Virus record (IMG/VR): IMGVR_UViG_3300021963_000030
Length of the DNA stretch: 64,000 bases
Strand: one strand, 5' to 3'
Origin: a virus
The notes beneath the pieces are model-generated. The model saw nothing but the letters and a program-made list of their open reading frames with translations, was not told the origin of the DNA and ran no database searches. Made by a program: the position numbers and the translations under genes. Of the stretch, positions 52,675-62,808 are shown in pieces. The first letter of the stretch is position 1, and every line of letters begins with the position of its first letter.

Positions 52675-52878
52675 ATGTATACTCGTAAGAATGCTCGTAA
52701 CAAGACTAACTTCGTCGGCCACAATACCACTGGTGTTGAGCTTTATCTCTCCACCCCCGTCGCCGGTGCTAAGAAGGCTTCCCGCCTCACCCTCCGTGCT
52801 GGTGATACCCGTCTTGACTTGAACGGTCGCCAGATCAAGGCTCTCCGTGAGGTTCTCGCTGCTGGTTACAATGCCTAA
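52675..52878 (+). CDS. Small basic hypothetical protein with high-expression-type codons
   Basis: 67 aa; C/T-ending codons; A-rich leader. Confidence 0.6.
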   Translation: MYTRKNARNKTNFVGHNTTGVELYLSTPVAGAKKASRLTLRAGDTRLDLNGRQIKALREVLAAGYNA

Positions 52879-52881
52879 TCA

Positions 52882-53175
52882 ATGACATTAGGAACAACAA
52901 CGTTGATTGTTGGAATGTGGCTGCTGTCGATGGCAGCCACATTTTTTCTTTATATTAGTCTTCGTAAGCAAATCAACAATCTTAAACAAAATCTAGAAAA
53001 TACGAAGAACGAATCAAACAAGTTATTTACTACAATAACTGAAGCATTTGAATTGTTGTCTGGTGAACGCAGTAGGATGATAAAAGATGTTGAAGAACTG
53101 AAACGACGTATTAGAATGTATGGCAATGAAACGAAAAGGCAAGGCTTCCAAAGAAGAAACCGTGGTCAAGAATAG
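52882..53175 (+). CDS. N-terminal TM plus coiled-coil protein
   Basis: LIVGMWLLSMAATFFLYI then heptads. Confidence 0.5.
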   Translation: MTLGTTTLIVGMWLLSMAATFFLYISLRKQINNLKQNLENTKNESNKLFTTITEAFELLSGERSRMIKDVEELKRRIRMYGNETKRQGFQRRNRGQE

Positions 53176-53614
53176 AGGATTGTTTGATCATGTTAAACAC
53201 ATTCGACAAGTCCAAAAACCAGATTATTATGATTCATTGAATGAGACTGAACGTAAGTCATTCAGTAAGTATATGATTCTGCGGGTCTTGAGTATGGACC
53301 CAAATGTTATTGAAGAAATATCTTTGATATCAAAATACATGGAGGTCTTGCCTGAGAAGCAATTGTATACGCTGTTGATTCAATGTCTTCCCAAGGACTT
53401 TAAGTTTTATCCATATATCAAGAAGTCTACAAAAGATCCCAATCAGACTATTATTGATTGTATTTCGAAAAAATTTAAAGTGGGTAGCCGTGATTCCACA
53501 GATTATTACAACCTACTTATTTCGACCGAGGGTGGTATCAAAGAACTACATTCATTGGTAACATCATTCGGCTATTCAGAAACAGAAGCAGAGGAACTAT
53601 TTACGAAAGAATAA
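53120..53614 (+). CDS. Clamp-loader small subunit (T4 gp62-like)
   Basis: LFDH...I...FSKYMI.R.LSM...LY..LI..LPK..KFYPYIK...I...F. Confidence 0.6.
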   Translation: MAMKRKGKASKEETVVKNRGLFDHVKHIRQVQKPDYYDSLNETERKSFSKYMILRVLSMDPNVIEEISLISKYMEVLPEKQLYTLLIQCLPKDFKFYPYIKKSTKDPNQTIIDCISKKFKVGSRDSTDYYNLLISTEGGIKELHSLVTSFGYSETEAEELFTKE

Positions 53615-53618
53615 AAAT

Positions 53619-54281
53619 ATGAAAGTTATAGGTGTATCAGGTATTGCCAGAAGCGGAAAAGACTTATTTACCACAGTCGCACAAGATATTCTTGAAAAGG
53701 AATATAAACTCAAAACAGAACGTCGTGCTCTCGCATACGAATTAAAGAGTGACCTTAAGGATCTTATTCGTGACAAAACGGGTATTGATGTATTTACAGA
53801 AGATACCGCACAGAAAAACATTATTCGTCCACTGTTGGTTGCTTATGGCGACGTAATGAGAAAGACTAGTGAAGGCAAATATTGGACAACCAAGGTAGAA
53901 AAACACATCGCAAAGTCTAAGGCGGATGTATTATTCGTCACAGATATTCGATACGATCATTATCCAGAGGATGAATGCACTTGGCTTCAACGTAAGATGG
54001 CCGGCAAGTTGGTTCATGTAACTCGTTATCAGTTAACTCAAGCACCATCTAAACGTAGAATTACTACAGCTAAACCAGTTAAGGTTTATGAAGCAGCTCC
54101 AAACGAACATGAATTGTTTAATGACCCCAAAGTGAAGAAGCGTGCTGATTATGCTTTTGAATGGGAAGATATGTCTCAACAGTGCAAAACCAAAGAAGAA
54201 CTGTTGGCAAACACTTACATTAGACAACAAGTTATGGATGCTTTGGTTGCAATAAAGATTATAATCAACCCAGCAAGTTAA
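53619..54281 (+). CDS. Deoxynucleoside monophosphate kinase
   Basis: IGVSGIARSGKD, ALA..LK, R.LL...G...R...W, VTDIRY.HY..DE. Confidence 0.8.
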   Translation: MKVIGVSGIARSGKDLFTTVAQDILEKEYKLKTERRALAYELKSDLKDLIRDKTGIDVFTEDTAQKNIIRPLLVAYGDVMRKTSEGKYWTTKVEKHIAKSKADVLFVTDIRYDHYPEDECTWLQRKMAGKLVHVTRYQLTQAPSKRRITTAKPVKVYEAAPNEHELFNDPKVKKRADYAFEWEDMSQQCKTKEELLANTYIRQQVMDALVAIKIIINPAS

Positions 54282-54559
54282 CGTAATTTTAGTTTCAAAA
54301 TAGTATGATGCGAGTTGTGGTTAAACACAATTTCCGCATCATTTGTTTTTGTGCGCATATATTCTGCAAGAGTATTTTGGTTATTCTTGATAAACTGAAC
54401 GTATATTGTGTTACACTCTTGAGATTTTTCTACTTTTCTAGTTTTGTTACATGAACATATTCTACCAAGACTAGATATACACTCACCCAGATTTATTGCA
54501 ATTGGGTTGTTGTCGTTCTTGATTAAGTTATAGAATGATTGATAGTCACCGATAATCAT
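54278..54559 (-). CDS. Small Cys-containing hypothetical protein
   Basis: End of the minus-strand operon; ICSC motif. Confidence 0.45.
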   Translation of the reverse strand: MIIGDYQSFYNLIKNDNNPIAINLGECISSLGRICSCNKTRKVEKSQECNTIYVQFIKNNQNTLAEYMRTKTNDAEIVFNHNSHHTILKLKLR

Positions 54560-54933
54560 AGTAGTTTACGTATAATCAAATAGATAAACAAACTGCAAAT
54601 ATAGTTAATTGGAAACAATAACAATGTATAGATCTGATGATAACCAGATCCAAATACTAATAAACCAACTGTCACTAGTGTTGACCAAAAACATAGACAA
54701 ATTGGACACGATATTAACTTGGTAAAGTAACTTGGATAATTACTATACAAAAAGTTAGGATAGTTTGACATTACGTCAACTTCTGCTTTGTATTTAGTAA
54801 ATTCATCTATTCTGAATAACCATTTTGTGTTGGTTAATGTAGCTATGGTTGTAACGATATCACTTTCAAACCAAACTACCAACATAAATGATATCCAACA
54901 AATTAGAGGAATGTCAAGATCAGCGAGGTTCAT
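54556..54933 (-). CDS. Membrane protein with CxxC (DUF1360-like)
   Basis: Hydrophobic helices; KLISCPICLCFW. Confidence 0.5.
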   Translation of the reverse strand: MNLADLDIPLICWISFMLVVWFESDIVTTIATLTNTKWLFRIDEFTKYKAEVDVMSNYPNFLYSNYPSYFTKLISCPICLCFWSTLVTVGLLVFGSGYHQIYTLLLFPINYICSLFIYLIIRKLL

Positions 54934-55727
54934 ACGTTTTTATTTAGTTGTTTTTCATTACTATCCAACACACTTTTTAGTATTTCTAGATTAACACCAA
55001 CCTTGTCACCCAACTTAACAAGCGCTTTGGTATCTTTTGGAAAACACTTACCACCAAAACCACGTTCACCAGTAAATACAGCCGTATGTGATTTGGTTGT
55101 TCTTGGGTCCAATAACCATAGATCACGGACTTCATAGTAGTTTGTGCCTAACTTCTCACATAGGTCATAAATCTCATTACAATATGCAACCTTCATGGCC
55201 AATTGTGTATTGGTCACATACTTCGCTAGTTCAGCATTGAGTGGTTCTGTAACCCTATAAGTTTTGCTTGGACCAGTAATTGGTGTATAAATTTCGATCA
55301 TTTTATAACACAAATCTTTTTTACCACCAAAGATAAAGAACGGTGTTTGTTTGACATCGGTCGTGAATCCGTCTGGAGTCCAATACTTGGATTCACCAGC
55401 AAATTCTGGACTAAACACAATTTCTTTATTATAGGTCTTGATCAATCTATCAGTTGTTCCAATTTCAACCGTAGATTTTAATAGTATCAATGGTGTATTT
55501 AACCATGTGATTGTTTCTTCAACAATGCTTGTGTTACAACTACCATCTTTGTTTTCTGGTGTTGGCACACATATTACTCCTAGATCACACTTGTTGATTT
55601 CATCTTTTGTGACTGAGTTTTCGAGTGCTGGGTCATAAATTTTTACGTTATAGTGACCCTTAAAAAAGTTATGAAACGCTTTACCAACGTAACCATAACC
55701 AATTATTCCTATTGTAAACTTGTTCAT
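54930..55727 (-). CDS. UDP-glucose/GDP-mannose dehydrogenase family, lacking the C-terminal domain
   Basis: Start at ATG 55727 (ATGA overlap). GIIGYGYVG, ICVPTP, KST, FSPEF, AEL.KY..N..LA.K..Y.NE, GFGGKCFPKD. Confidence 0.85.
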   Translation of the reverse strand: MNKFTIGIIGYGYVGKAFHNFFKGHYNVKIYDPALENSVTKDEINKCDLGVICVPTPENKDGSCNTSIVEETITWLNTPLILLKSTVEIGTTDRLIKTYNKEIVFSPEFAGESKYWTPDGFTTDVKQTPFFIFGGKKDLCYKMIEIYTPITGPSKTYRVTEPLNAELAKYVTNTQLAMKVAYCNEIYDLCEKLGTNYYEVRDLWLLDPRTTKSHTAVFTGERGFGGKCFPKDTKALVKLGDKVGVNLEILKSVLDSNEKQLNKNV

Positions 55728-56926
55728 ACTAATTTTTCTAGATACCACTTATCATTGATATCTATAAGTCCTTTGCTATAATCTTTCAAATTTTTTACTT
55801 TTAACTTGAATATATCAAATTCCACATTACCTATTTGACCGCTATCTTCAAGCATCAATTGAAGCATATTGAAGAATTCAAAGTTTTGAGTAGTCAACTT
55901 GTTTCCATCAAATTCAACGATGATGTCATTAACTTTTTGATCATCGTATCCCTTTAACTTTTTCTTCAGATTAAACTTGGTATTCTTTTGTTCTACGTTA
56001 ATATAACGTTCATAAGGAACGTCTGTATAAATTGTGTCACACCATGGCTCCAAAAGCATTAACTTATATTCATCACAGTTGACTACTACAAATCCAACAT
56101 CATAACGTTTAGGCACAATTGGTTTCATAGTGTCATTATGTTTTACAAAATGACCCCACTTACGAATAAAGTTTCTGGCACTGCGATTGTTTTGTGCCAA
56201 CCACTCATCACTTTCTTTACCAACTGTAGTCAATGTAGGATTGTATCTGCTACCTCTGCATGTCATGTGATATACACAACCCTCCCACGTTTGAACAAAT
56301 TTGTAACCGTTCAACAAGAATCGATTGAATATGTCACTGTCCTCTTTGCTTTGAGGAGCATACAAATCGTCATGACCACCAATTGATTGAAAGTCTTTCT
56401 TGTAAATTGCCCACGGAGCAAAGATACCTTCAGTAGTCTTATCACGCCTGCTGATTTTGCTTTCATTGAACCACTTCAAAAAGTTTTCTTCAGCAAACAA
56501 TTCTGGTTCAGTTGCAAAATCCATCACAATCTTTTCTGGTCCAGGTGGATGTAACGGAGGTTCGATTCGGGTCAAACTCACAACTGTGCCTGGTTGTATG
56601 TGCTTTTCAACATATTTATCAAAATTAGGACAAGCATACATGTCTGCATGATAAATCATGACCACATCGTTAGTAGCAACAGTGTTAATTAAACGATCAT
56701 ATAAAATGGTGTGTCCGAGTCTTGTAGGACCGTCATTACGAATGAATTTGAAGTATGGGTCTGTCTTACTAATTTCAGCACACCACTCACTTGTTCCATC
56801 GTTGCTAAAGTCATCTGCCACACATACTTCGTGTTGTTTATGACTTAGATTTTTTCTCAAAGCAGCATATGCCCACTTGAGATATTTTAGGTTGTTTCGG
56901 GACGGAATGATAAAACTAATATTCAT
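55724..56926 (-). CDS. GT-A (GT2) glycosyltransferase with C-terminal extra domain
   Basis: ISFIIPSRN, ADDFSNDGT, YHADM, F..IGGHD..Y.P...ED.D. Confidence 0.85.
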   Translation of the reverse strand: MNISFIIPSRNNLKYLKWAYAALRKNLSHKQHEVCVADDFSNDGTSEWCAEISKTDPYFKFIRNDGPTRLGHTILYDRLINTVATNDVVMIYHADMYACPNFDKYVEKHIQPGTVVSLTRIEPPLHPPGPEKIVMDFATEPELFAEENFLKWFNESKISRRDKTTEGIFAPWAIYKKDFQSIGGHDDLYAPQSKEDSDIFNRFLLNGYKFVQTWEGCVYHMTCRGSRYNPTLTTVGKESDEWLAQNNRSARNFIRKWGHFVKHNDTMKPIVPKRYDVGFVVVNCDEYKLMLLEPWCDTIYTDVPYERYINVEQKNTKFNLKKKLKGYDDQKVNDIIVEFDGNKLTTQNFEFFNMLQLMLEDSGQIGNVEFDIFKLKVKNLKDYSKGLIDINDKWYLEKLV

Positions 56927-56950
56927 ATGGTATACATAGATTTTTATATT

Positions 56951-57817
56951 TTAGATGTATTGCGTAGTTTCAACAAAATTACCTCCAAGTGGGAATTGTC
57001 GTTGTAATGTAATATTCTTGGTATATTTTGAAATAGTGTCGTTCATACCACTTTGATTTCCTATATTAACTAATGCTCTGGTCTTTATGTAGAGTTGAAT
57101 TCTTAGAGGTAACATACTCATATCTAACACTTTGTTTATATTCGCAAAGTTTGTGTTCTCTATAGGTTTTGAAGTCCAATAATAATAAGGCAGATCATAC
57201 AGTTTGAGATATTTCAATAACTTGTCATCGGACTGATAGTCGTATCTATTTGATAACAATAATGTCCCAAATGGGTTATCGCCTGTAAATCCACTGATGA
57301 TTTTGTCTCCCAAACCTATTTCAGATTTGCTAAAATATAACTCTGGCAGAACATCGTCTAGGTCGTGATCTTTAAACTGCCAGAATTTCAATATTTGTTT
57401 TGCTAGAGGTTCATCGGGCAAATCAGTATTGTAGATTCTGTAATGATCATGAAATATATCCCCATCACAACTATCAACATAACCATCTACATATGGGTTA
57501 TTAGCAAATATATCTTTGACCACGCTAAATGGCTTGTTGGTCAATGCAGATGGATTTAAAATGTCTGCAAATAACTTAAACATTAGTGCTTCTGATGGTA
57601 AATACACTTTACAGTTTGGATATTTCTTTTTGAGCTTACGTGGTAGTGCTGATATGATTCCCCAATCACCAATACCAAAACAAGTTCGTAATATGACGAA
57701 TTCTTGTTTTGATAGATAATCATCGGGAATGTATCTAGCATCGTTTTGAGGAAATCCCAAAGCGTCACATTCATGAACATTTATTCTTCGATTATTAAGT
57801 ATTCTCCAAAATATCAT
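56951..57817 (-). CDS. GT-B glycosyltransferase, GT9 (heptosyltransferase)-like
   Basis: GIGDWGII.ALPRKLKKKYPNC.V; IGNQSG. Confidence 0.6.
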   Translation of the reverse strand: MIFWRILNNRRINVHECDALGFPQNDARYIPDDYLSKQEFVILRTCFGIGDWGIISALPRKLKKKYPNCKVYLPSEALMFKLFADILNPSALTNKPFSVVKDIFANNPYVDGYVDSCDGDIFHDHYRIYNTDLPDEPLAKQILKFWQFKDHDLDDVLPELYFSKSEIGLGDKIISGFTGDNPFGTLLLSNRYDYQSDDKLLKYLKLYDLPYYYWTSKPIENTNFANINKVLDMSMLPLRIQLYIKTRALVNIGNQSGMNDTISKYTKNITLQRQFPLGGNFVETTQYI

Positions 57818-58766
57818 TGCACATGTCTCTCCATTGTTTTAACCAAACTTGTTCGGTGTAATATTTTTGATAATTTGATTTGGTAGTTTCTATACATTGA
57901 TTGTAAAACTCTTTATCATCTCTCAAACGAATTGCTAACTTATTAGCACTTTCAATATCACCAACATCCACACTCAAGTCTGGATGTAAAATTTGTTGGG
58001 TATCTAATCCTTTATATCCAATACATGGTATACCCCAATATGAACAATTCAATGCGAACGTTCCCGCAACTCTGGGTCTCATCAAATGAACACCATAACT
58101 AAACTTAGACAATGCGATCATCCAATCAGTCCACTCTAAGAATGGTAAATGGTTTAGGTTAGGAGTGTGTTCTTCATTTTCAATTCTACGTCCCATGCTT
58201 GGAACCCAGATTGGTTTATTAAAGTTTCTAGCCACAAAGTAACTATCTATGCCGCTATACCAACTACAGAAGTTGCCGCCTATAATAACCTCACCATTGC
58301 GTGCCGGTGTTATATTCTTGGCTTTTAATCCATCATCTACAATCAACGTTTGAATGGTATACGTCTTCTTTTTGTATATACCACTGTAGTATGGAACGTC
58401 GGTCTTACTATGCGCAAACAATACGTCCATAGACCCAACAAAGTTTAGATATCGAATTTGGTCAATATATTTGTAGTCTTGATAATACCAATGACTACCT
58501 TCTTGCATGTGTCCAATCTTCTTACACAACTTTCTAGCATTTGTCAATAACAACTCTAAATTGAGGTTGGTAATATCTTTTGGTAAAATTATTACACCCA
58601 AATCATATTGTTGTGATATCTGATTTCTATCTGCCATTGCAAGACCATACACGTTGATAATGTCGGAGTCAGATGCTGCTGGCCACGCTGATACCACACT
58701 TAAATTGTTGACGGTTCTTGAAACTTTACCGTTAATATTGATTGGACTTATAAAGCAAGTGTTCAT
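57795..58766 (-). CDS. Putative GT-B glycosyltransferase
   Basis: C-half WTDWM..LS...GVHLM...AGTF..NC...GIPCIG...Q..LHP.L; operon context. Confidence 0.6.
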   Translation of the reverse strand: MNTCFISPININGKVSRTVNNLSVVSAWPAASDSDIINVYGLAMADRNQISQQYDLGVIILPKDITNLNLELLLTNARKLCKKIGHMQEGSHWYYQDYKYIDQIRYLNFVGSMDVLFAHSKTDVPYYSGIYKKKTYTIQTLIVDDGLKAKNITPARNGEVIIGGNFCSWYSGIDSYFVARNFNKPIWVPSMGRRIENEEHTPNLNHLPFLEWTDWMIALSKFSYGVHLMRPRVAGTFALNCSYWGIPCIGYKGLDTQQILHPDLSVDVGDIESANKLAIRLRDDKEFYNQCIETTKSNYQKYYTEQVWLKQWRDMCNDILENT

Positions 58767-58767
58767 T

Positions 58768-59409
58768 TTACGGAGTTCCCATATTTTCTTCAGCAGTAAA
58801 GTTCTTCATGTATCGTTCATTACTCTCACGTTGTTTCTCAATCGTTTTTTCATGAACAATAGCATAATCTTTTTGAGGAGGAATAATTGTATAACTGTCA
58901 TGACCCTCAACACGTTCATGCAATCGCTTTTTGTAACGAATATTTGGCTTCCTCTTATACAATCGTGACTGATAGTCTGGAAAATTTACCATACCTTCGA
59001 CCATTTTCCAACCCCATTTATCTATATCCGATTGTTCTACACCCGTGAAATAATTGCATCTTGGCAACCAAATGACATCATTAACATCATTTTGTTTGAT
59101 AAGCAATTCTATATGTTCTAACAATAGATCTGTTGGATATTCGTCTCCGTCTAATTGAAATATCCACTCACCACTACACGAATCAATACCAAAGTTCTTT
59201 TGTGCTCCATAATTGTTGTTAAGTCTATGAAGTCGCAGTTGTATGTGATTACTGTATTTCTCAAATATCTCCAGTGTTTTTGGATTGGTAGAATGATCAT
59301 CAATCACGACAATTTCTTGATTTGATTTGAGTGAAGAAACTAGCTTGGACAATAACTTATCCAAGCTGTCAGTTTCGTTGTGGGTAGTAATTAGATATGA
59401 TAAGAACAT
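58768..59409 (-). CDS. GT-A (GT2) glycosyltransferase, KdtX/LgtF-like
   Basis: IDDHST, QKNFGI..CSGEWIFQLDGDE, PDYQSRL, LHERV. Confidence 0.85.
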   Translation of the reverse strand: MFLSYLITTHNETDSLDKLLSKLVSSLKSNQEIVVIDDHSTNPKTLEIFEKYSNHIQLRLHRLNNNYGAQKNFGIDSCSGEWIFQLDGDEYPTDLLLEHIELLIKQNDVNDVIWLPRCNYFTGVEQSDIDKWGWKMVEGMVNFPDYQSRLYKRKPNIRYKKRLHERVEGHDSYTIIPPQKDYAIVHEKTIEKQRESNERYMKNFTAEENMGTP

Positions 59410-59410
59410 A

Positions 59411-60730
59411 TTAGATCTTTAATGTAGGCAATCCGCCGGATGCATCTGGAGAAATTGCGTTGAACTTTGGAAGAACAAACTTATTTTCAACTGCGAATTT
59501 GGGAACATATTGATCCAAGATAGCCCACAGTTTCTTGTCCATTGCATCCATACTAAACTTCTCGGCATTTTCTTGACGAAGTAGTTCTGCATTTTCAAAT
59601 ATCTTCTTTGGCTTATTGTGGAACATTTCCTTGATTTTGTTCTCAGCCAATCCATAAGACACCTTGAACCACTTACTTTCTTTGATAATCCATTGATTGA
59701 CTGACTTTTTATCAACGTCAACCAACTGACCTTGAAGAAGAGTAGCATACTTTGGATTCATAAAGTCGAGATGGCCACTCCAGTCTGGTGCGAGAACTGG
59801 TTTACCACTCAATGTTTGTAACAATAGTGGGTGACCATAACCTTCACCGTGAGTAAATGAAATGTGAACCTTTACCTTTGGATGGTTGAACAAAGCATTC
59901 ATTTCAACGTCGGTCAATTCACCGTGTAACAAATAGATGTTTGGAATTTGTCCCTTGAATGTCGAGGTAATTTTATTGATATTGTTTATAATCTCAAACC
60001 TATCCATGGTCGAGAAACCAACACCCGAAGTCTTAAGAATGAGACATGGCTTGTTTGGAGTATTGTTATTGAAAGCTTCACAAAAGGTTTTTACAAGGTT
60101 TGCAATGTCCTTTCGATCTGCAAACAATCCACTGTGGGTCCACTGACCAACAAACAAATAGGCAAACTCTTCTGGAATAACAGATAATGCTTCATCAACT
60201 GATGCAACACGTTCGTCTGTCTTTTTGTAGATTCTTGTATCAGCACCCCAGAAACATACTTCGATTGGTTTCTTTACTGCAATATCTTCACGTTTGCCAT
60301 CAGGCGTTTGTTTCAACATCTTGGTATTTACCAACACATCCTTAGAATGTTTGGACAACGCAATCGTCAAATCGGTTCGGTTTACACCCTCAATAAATTC
60401 ACCAGACGCAACCGTAGTTTCGATACCAGCCGTCATACCAATATTATACTTACCAACACGTTGAAACTCGTTGGGAATACTCAATTGGATAAACAAATCT
60501 GGTTGCTTTTGAAGAGGTTGCAACAGAAACCTGGTTGTAAGGTTTTGATCTTCTGGATCGGTCAATTCTTCAATATATCGTTTTGGTTGACAATTACCCC
60601 ATCTAGTAGGTGCAATCTTTACATCGTATTTGTCATAACGAACAATACTCTTAGCAACAGCTGTTGCCCAGTCACCATACCCGCTTCGATTAAAGACGGG
60701 TCCAGAAATTAAACATAGTGGTTTACTCAT
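59411..60730 (-). CDS. GT-B (GT4-like) glycosyltransferase
   Basis: Start at ATG 60730 (MSKPL). SGYG, FVGQW, RKDI..L, THGEGYGHPLL...LSGKPV.A..WSGHLDF. Confidence 0.85.
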   Translation of the reverse strand: MSKPLCLISGPVFNRSGYGDWATAVAKSIVRYDKYDVKIAPTRWGNCQPKRYIEELTDPEDQNLTTRFLLQPLQKQPDLFIQLSIPNEFQRVGKYNIGMTAGIETTVASGEFIEGVNRTDLTIALSKHSKDVLVNTKMLKQTPDGKREDIAVKKPIEVCFWGADTRIYKKTDERVASVDEALSVIPEEFAYLFVGQWTHSGLFADRKDIANLVKTFCEAFNNNTPNKPCLILKTSGVGFSTMDRFEIINNINKITSTFKGQIPNIYLLHGELTDVEMNALFNHPKVKVHISFTHGEGYGHPLLLQTLSGKPVLAPDWSGHLDFMNPKYATLLQGQLVDVDKKSVNQWIIKESKWFKVSYGLAENKIKEMFHNKPKKIFENAELLRQENAEKFSMDAMDKKLWAILDQYVPKFAVENKFVLPKFNAISPDASGGLPTLKI

Positions 60731-60731
60731 A

Positions 60732-61307
60732 TTATCTATTAAATTGTTGTTGTTCACGTTCACCAATCACTTGACTATACTTCTTTGCAGGAGTTGGAAC
60801 CCCGCCTAGTTTATTGTATAATTCTTCCATCTTGGACATTTGTTTGGATGCTTGGTCTACAGTTTCACGTTTGTTGTCACTACTACCAAATCCACCATCA
60901 CCACGTTGCGTCGCGGTCAAATCATCAACTTCAGCGAATCCACCTTGAACTGTTCCATGTGCTTCAAAAATGATTTGAGCAATAGCTGTTTCTTTGCCAT
61001 CCTTGATGATTGGTAGTTGAACCGGTTTGTCTCCAAGATTGATTAGAGCTACCAAGATTTCGCCACGATAATCACTATCAATAACACCGGCAAGAACGTC
61101 GAGGCCATGTTTTACAGCAAGTCCACTACGAGGTGCAACTCGACCATAAAATCCCTCTGGAATAGCCAAAGCAATATCTGTTTTGAATGCCTTACGTTCA
61201 CCAGGCTTTAATTCATACGATTCTGTAGTGTATAGATCATAACCAGCTGCACCAACACTACCCTTACTAGGAATTACAGCTTTATCAGATAGTTTCTTAA
61301 TATTCAT
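60732..61307 (-). CDS. dut: Trimeric dUTPase
   Basis: AAGYDL, PRSGLA, GVIDSDYRGE, IAQ, RG.GGFGSS. Confidence 0.96.
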   Translation of the reverse strand: MNIKKLSDKAVIPSKGSVGAAGYDLYTTESYELKPGERKAFKTDIALAIPEGFYGRVAPRSGLAVKHGLDVLAGVIDSDYRGEILVALINLGDKPVQLPIIKDGKETAIAQIIFEAHGTVQGGFAEVDDLTATQRGDGGFGSSDNKRETVDQASKQMSKMEELYNKLGGVPTPAKKYSQVIGEREQQQFNR

Positions 61308-62272
61308 TGAATTTCCTTTTTGATAGATTCAACATCAATCTTGTGCATGTCAAATCCAAGTTTACCTTGAGGCAAATTGTCCATATTGAACTCTTCACTA
61401 TAACTGAATATACCAAACTTCTTGGGTGGTGTAAAGTTATCAATAGTAAAATCCATTGCTTTAATAAACTCACGACACATATGTTCAGAATTGATACCAC
61501 CTTCGTTTAGTGCCCAACGTCTACCTTCAGCACCATATGATTCACGCTTTTCTGGACCAACCAAATACCAATACATGATAGCCTCTGAGATATCTTTATA
61601 ATCGGTAAAATCATCCATGATATAAGGTGTTGGAGGACTACCTTGTAGTGTTTGAATCTTGGTCCATATTGGCTTAGCCCAAACTCCATGTTTCTTGTAT
61701 TTACCAGTAACATTGGTGCCAAATTCCAAATTAAACTCATATGGATTACCATCGTTGTCTACCAATCCAAGTTGATCTTGTAGACCACCAGTGACCGTGG
61801 CGATTACTGGGGTTCCACACATAATAGCTTCAGCAATACTCAAACCAAATCCTTCATTGGAACTTACGTTTGCTACTACGTCACAAATATTGTAAAATGC
61901 AACCATGTCTTCTGGAGTTCTTCGACTTTCGTCAATGACCACAGTGTAGTTAGGACAAATAGCTTCAATAACTGCTAACAAGTTGGTTCCTTGATCACAC
62001 ACCTTGTCGGTATGCATTAACAAAGCACACTCACTCGCTTGTTCTGGAGTCAAATGATCACAAAAGTTTTTGAATGCCAATATTAAATTAGCGGGATGCT
62101 TTCTATGAGTATTTCTACTGTTGAATCCTACAACAAACTTATAGTTGCGATCACCAAAGAACTCTTTCTTTAGTTTGGTCACCAAGTTGTTATTCTTTGG
62201 AAGTGTAGTAAATACCTTCGAATTGATTCCGTGGGGAACGTAGTGTAGTAGATGTTTTCCTTTTACTGGCAT
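61304..62272 (-). CDS. GT4-like glycosyltransferase, C-terminal Rossmann half
   Basis: YVPHGIN..VF, NSRN..RK.P, YN.CDV..NVSSNEGFGLS.AEA..CGTPVIA..TGGL.DQ. Confidence 0.85.
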   Translation of the reverse strand: MPVKGKHLLHYVPHGINSKVFTTLPKNNNLVTKLKKEFFGDRNYKFVVGFNSRNTHRKHPANLILAFKNFCDHLTPEQASECALLMHTDKVCDQGTNLLAVIEAICPNYTVVIDESRRTPEDMVAFYNICDVVANVSSNEGFGLSIAEAIMCGTPVIATVTGGLQDQLGLVDNDGNPYEFNLEFGTNVTGKYKKHGVWAKPIWTKIQTLQGSPPTPYIMDDFTDYKDISEAIMYWYLVGPEKRESYGAEGRRWALNEGGINSEHMCREFIKAMDFTIDNFTPPKKFGIFSYSEEFNMDNLPQGKLGFDMHKIDVESIKKEIQ

Positions 62273-62808
62273 ATAATTTTTCCTTCCTTGTCAAAGTCTC
62301 CTTGAATACTGGTGCAAAACTCTGGTCCCAATACCCACTTATTAAGATTATCTGTTTGTTTACTAATTGCGAACAACGCATCACAACTCTTGTAGAATGG
62401 ACGATTCCACATTGGATATGGCAAATCATCCCAAATATCCAAATATGTAAGTGGAATCTTGCTTCGGATTTGATTCTCAATTAAATACAACCATGCCCAA
62501 TAACGAGGATCTGTAAAGTGTAGAATTGCATCAGGCTTCTCAGCTCCAATTACTCCAAACAATGTTTCTTCGTTACCATAACCATCAACTGGATACAACT
62601 TCAAATAAGCATCCTTTAGACCTGTCATTTTATTCGAAGCATCACACATATCTACAACCTTGCCACCTTCTGGATGTTTGATAGCACCAGCAATCTGAAC
62701 CCAATCATAGTGGTGTAATGTTCCTAATACTAACTCTCTGCTCATAGTAGCAACGCCACTATGCATTCGCAAATCATCACTCAATAAGAGTATTTTTTTC
62801 TTCTTCAT
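62263..62808 (-). CDS. GT4-like glycosyltransferase, N-terminal Rossmann half (split from the previous ORF)
   Basis: KILLLSDD.R.HSGV, KPDAILHFTDP, IWDD.P.P..N..FY.SCD.L.AISKQ; no C-terminal domain. Confidence 0.8.
   Translation of the reverse strand: MKKKKILLLSDDLRMHSGVATMSRELVLGTLHHYDWVQIAGAIKHPEGGKVVDMCDASNKMTGLKDAYLKLYPVDGYGNEETLFGVIGAEKPDAILHFTDPRYWAWLYLIENQIRSKIPLTYLDIWDDLPYPMWNRPFYKSCDALFAISKQTDNLNKWVLGPEFCTSIQGDFDKEGKIICQ

Noticed and set aside
2078-60766. Longest-ORF starts at 2078, 10218, 49917, 55748, 60766, 63977
   Set aside because: They overlap neighbouring genes or promoters; downstream ATGs fit the shared tag, ATGA coupling or promoter spacing better.
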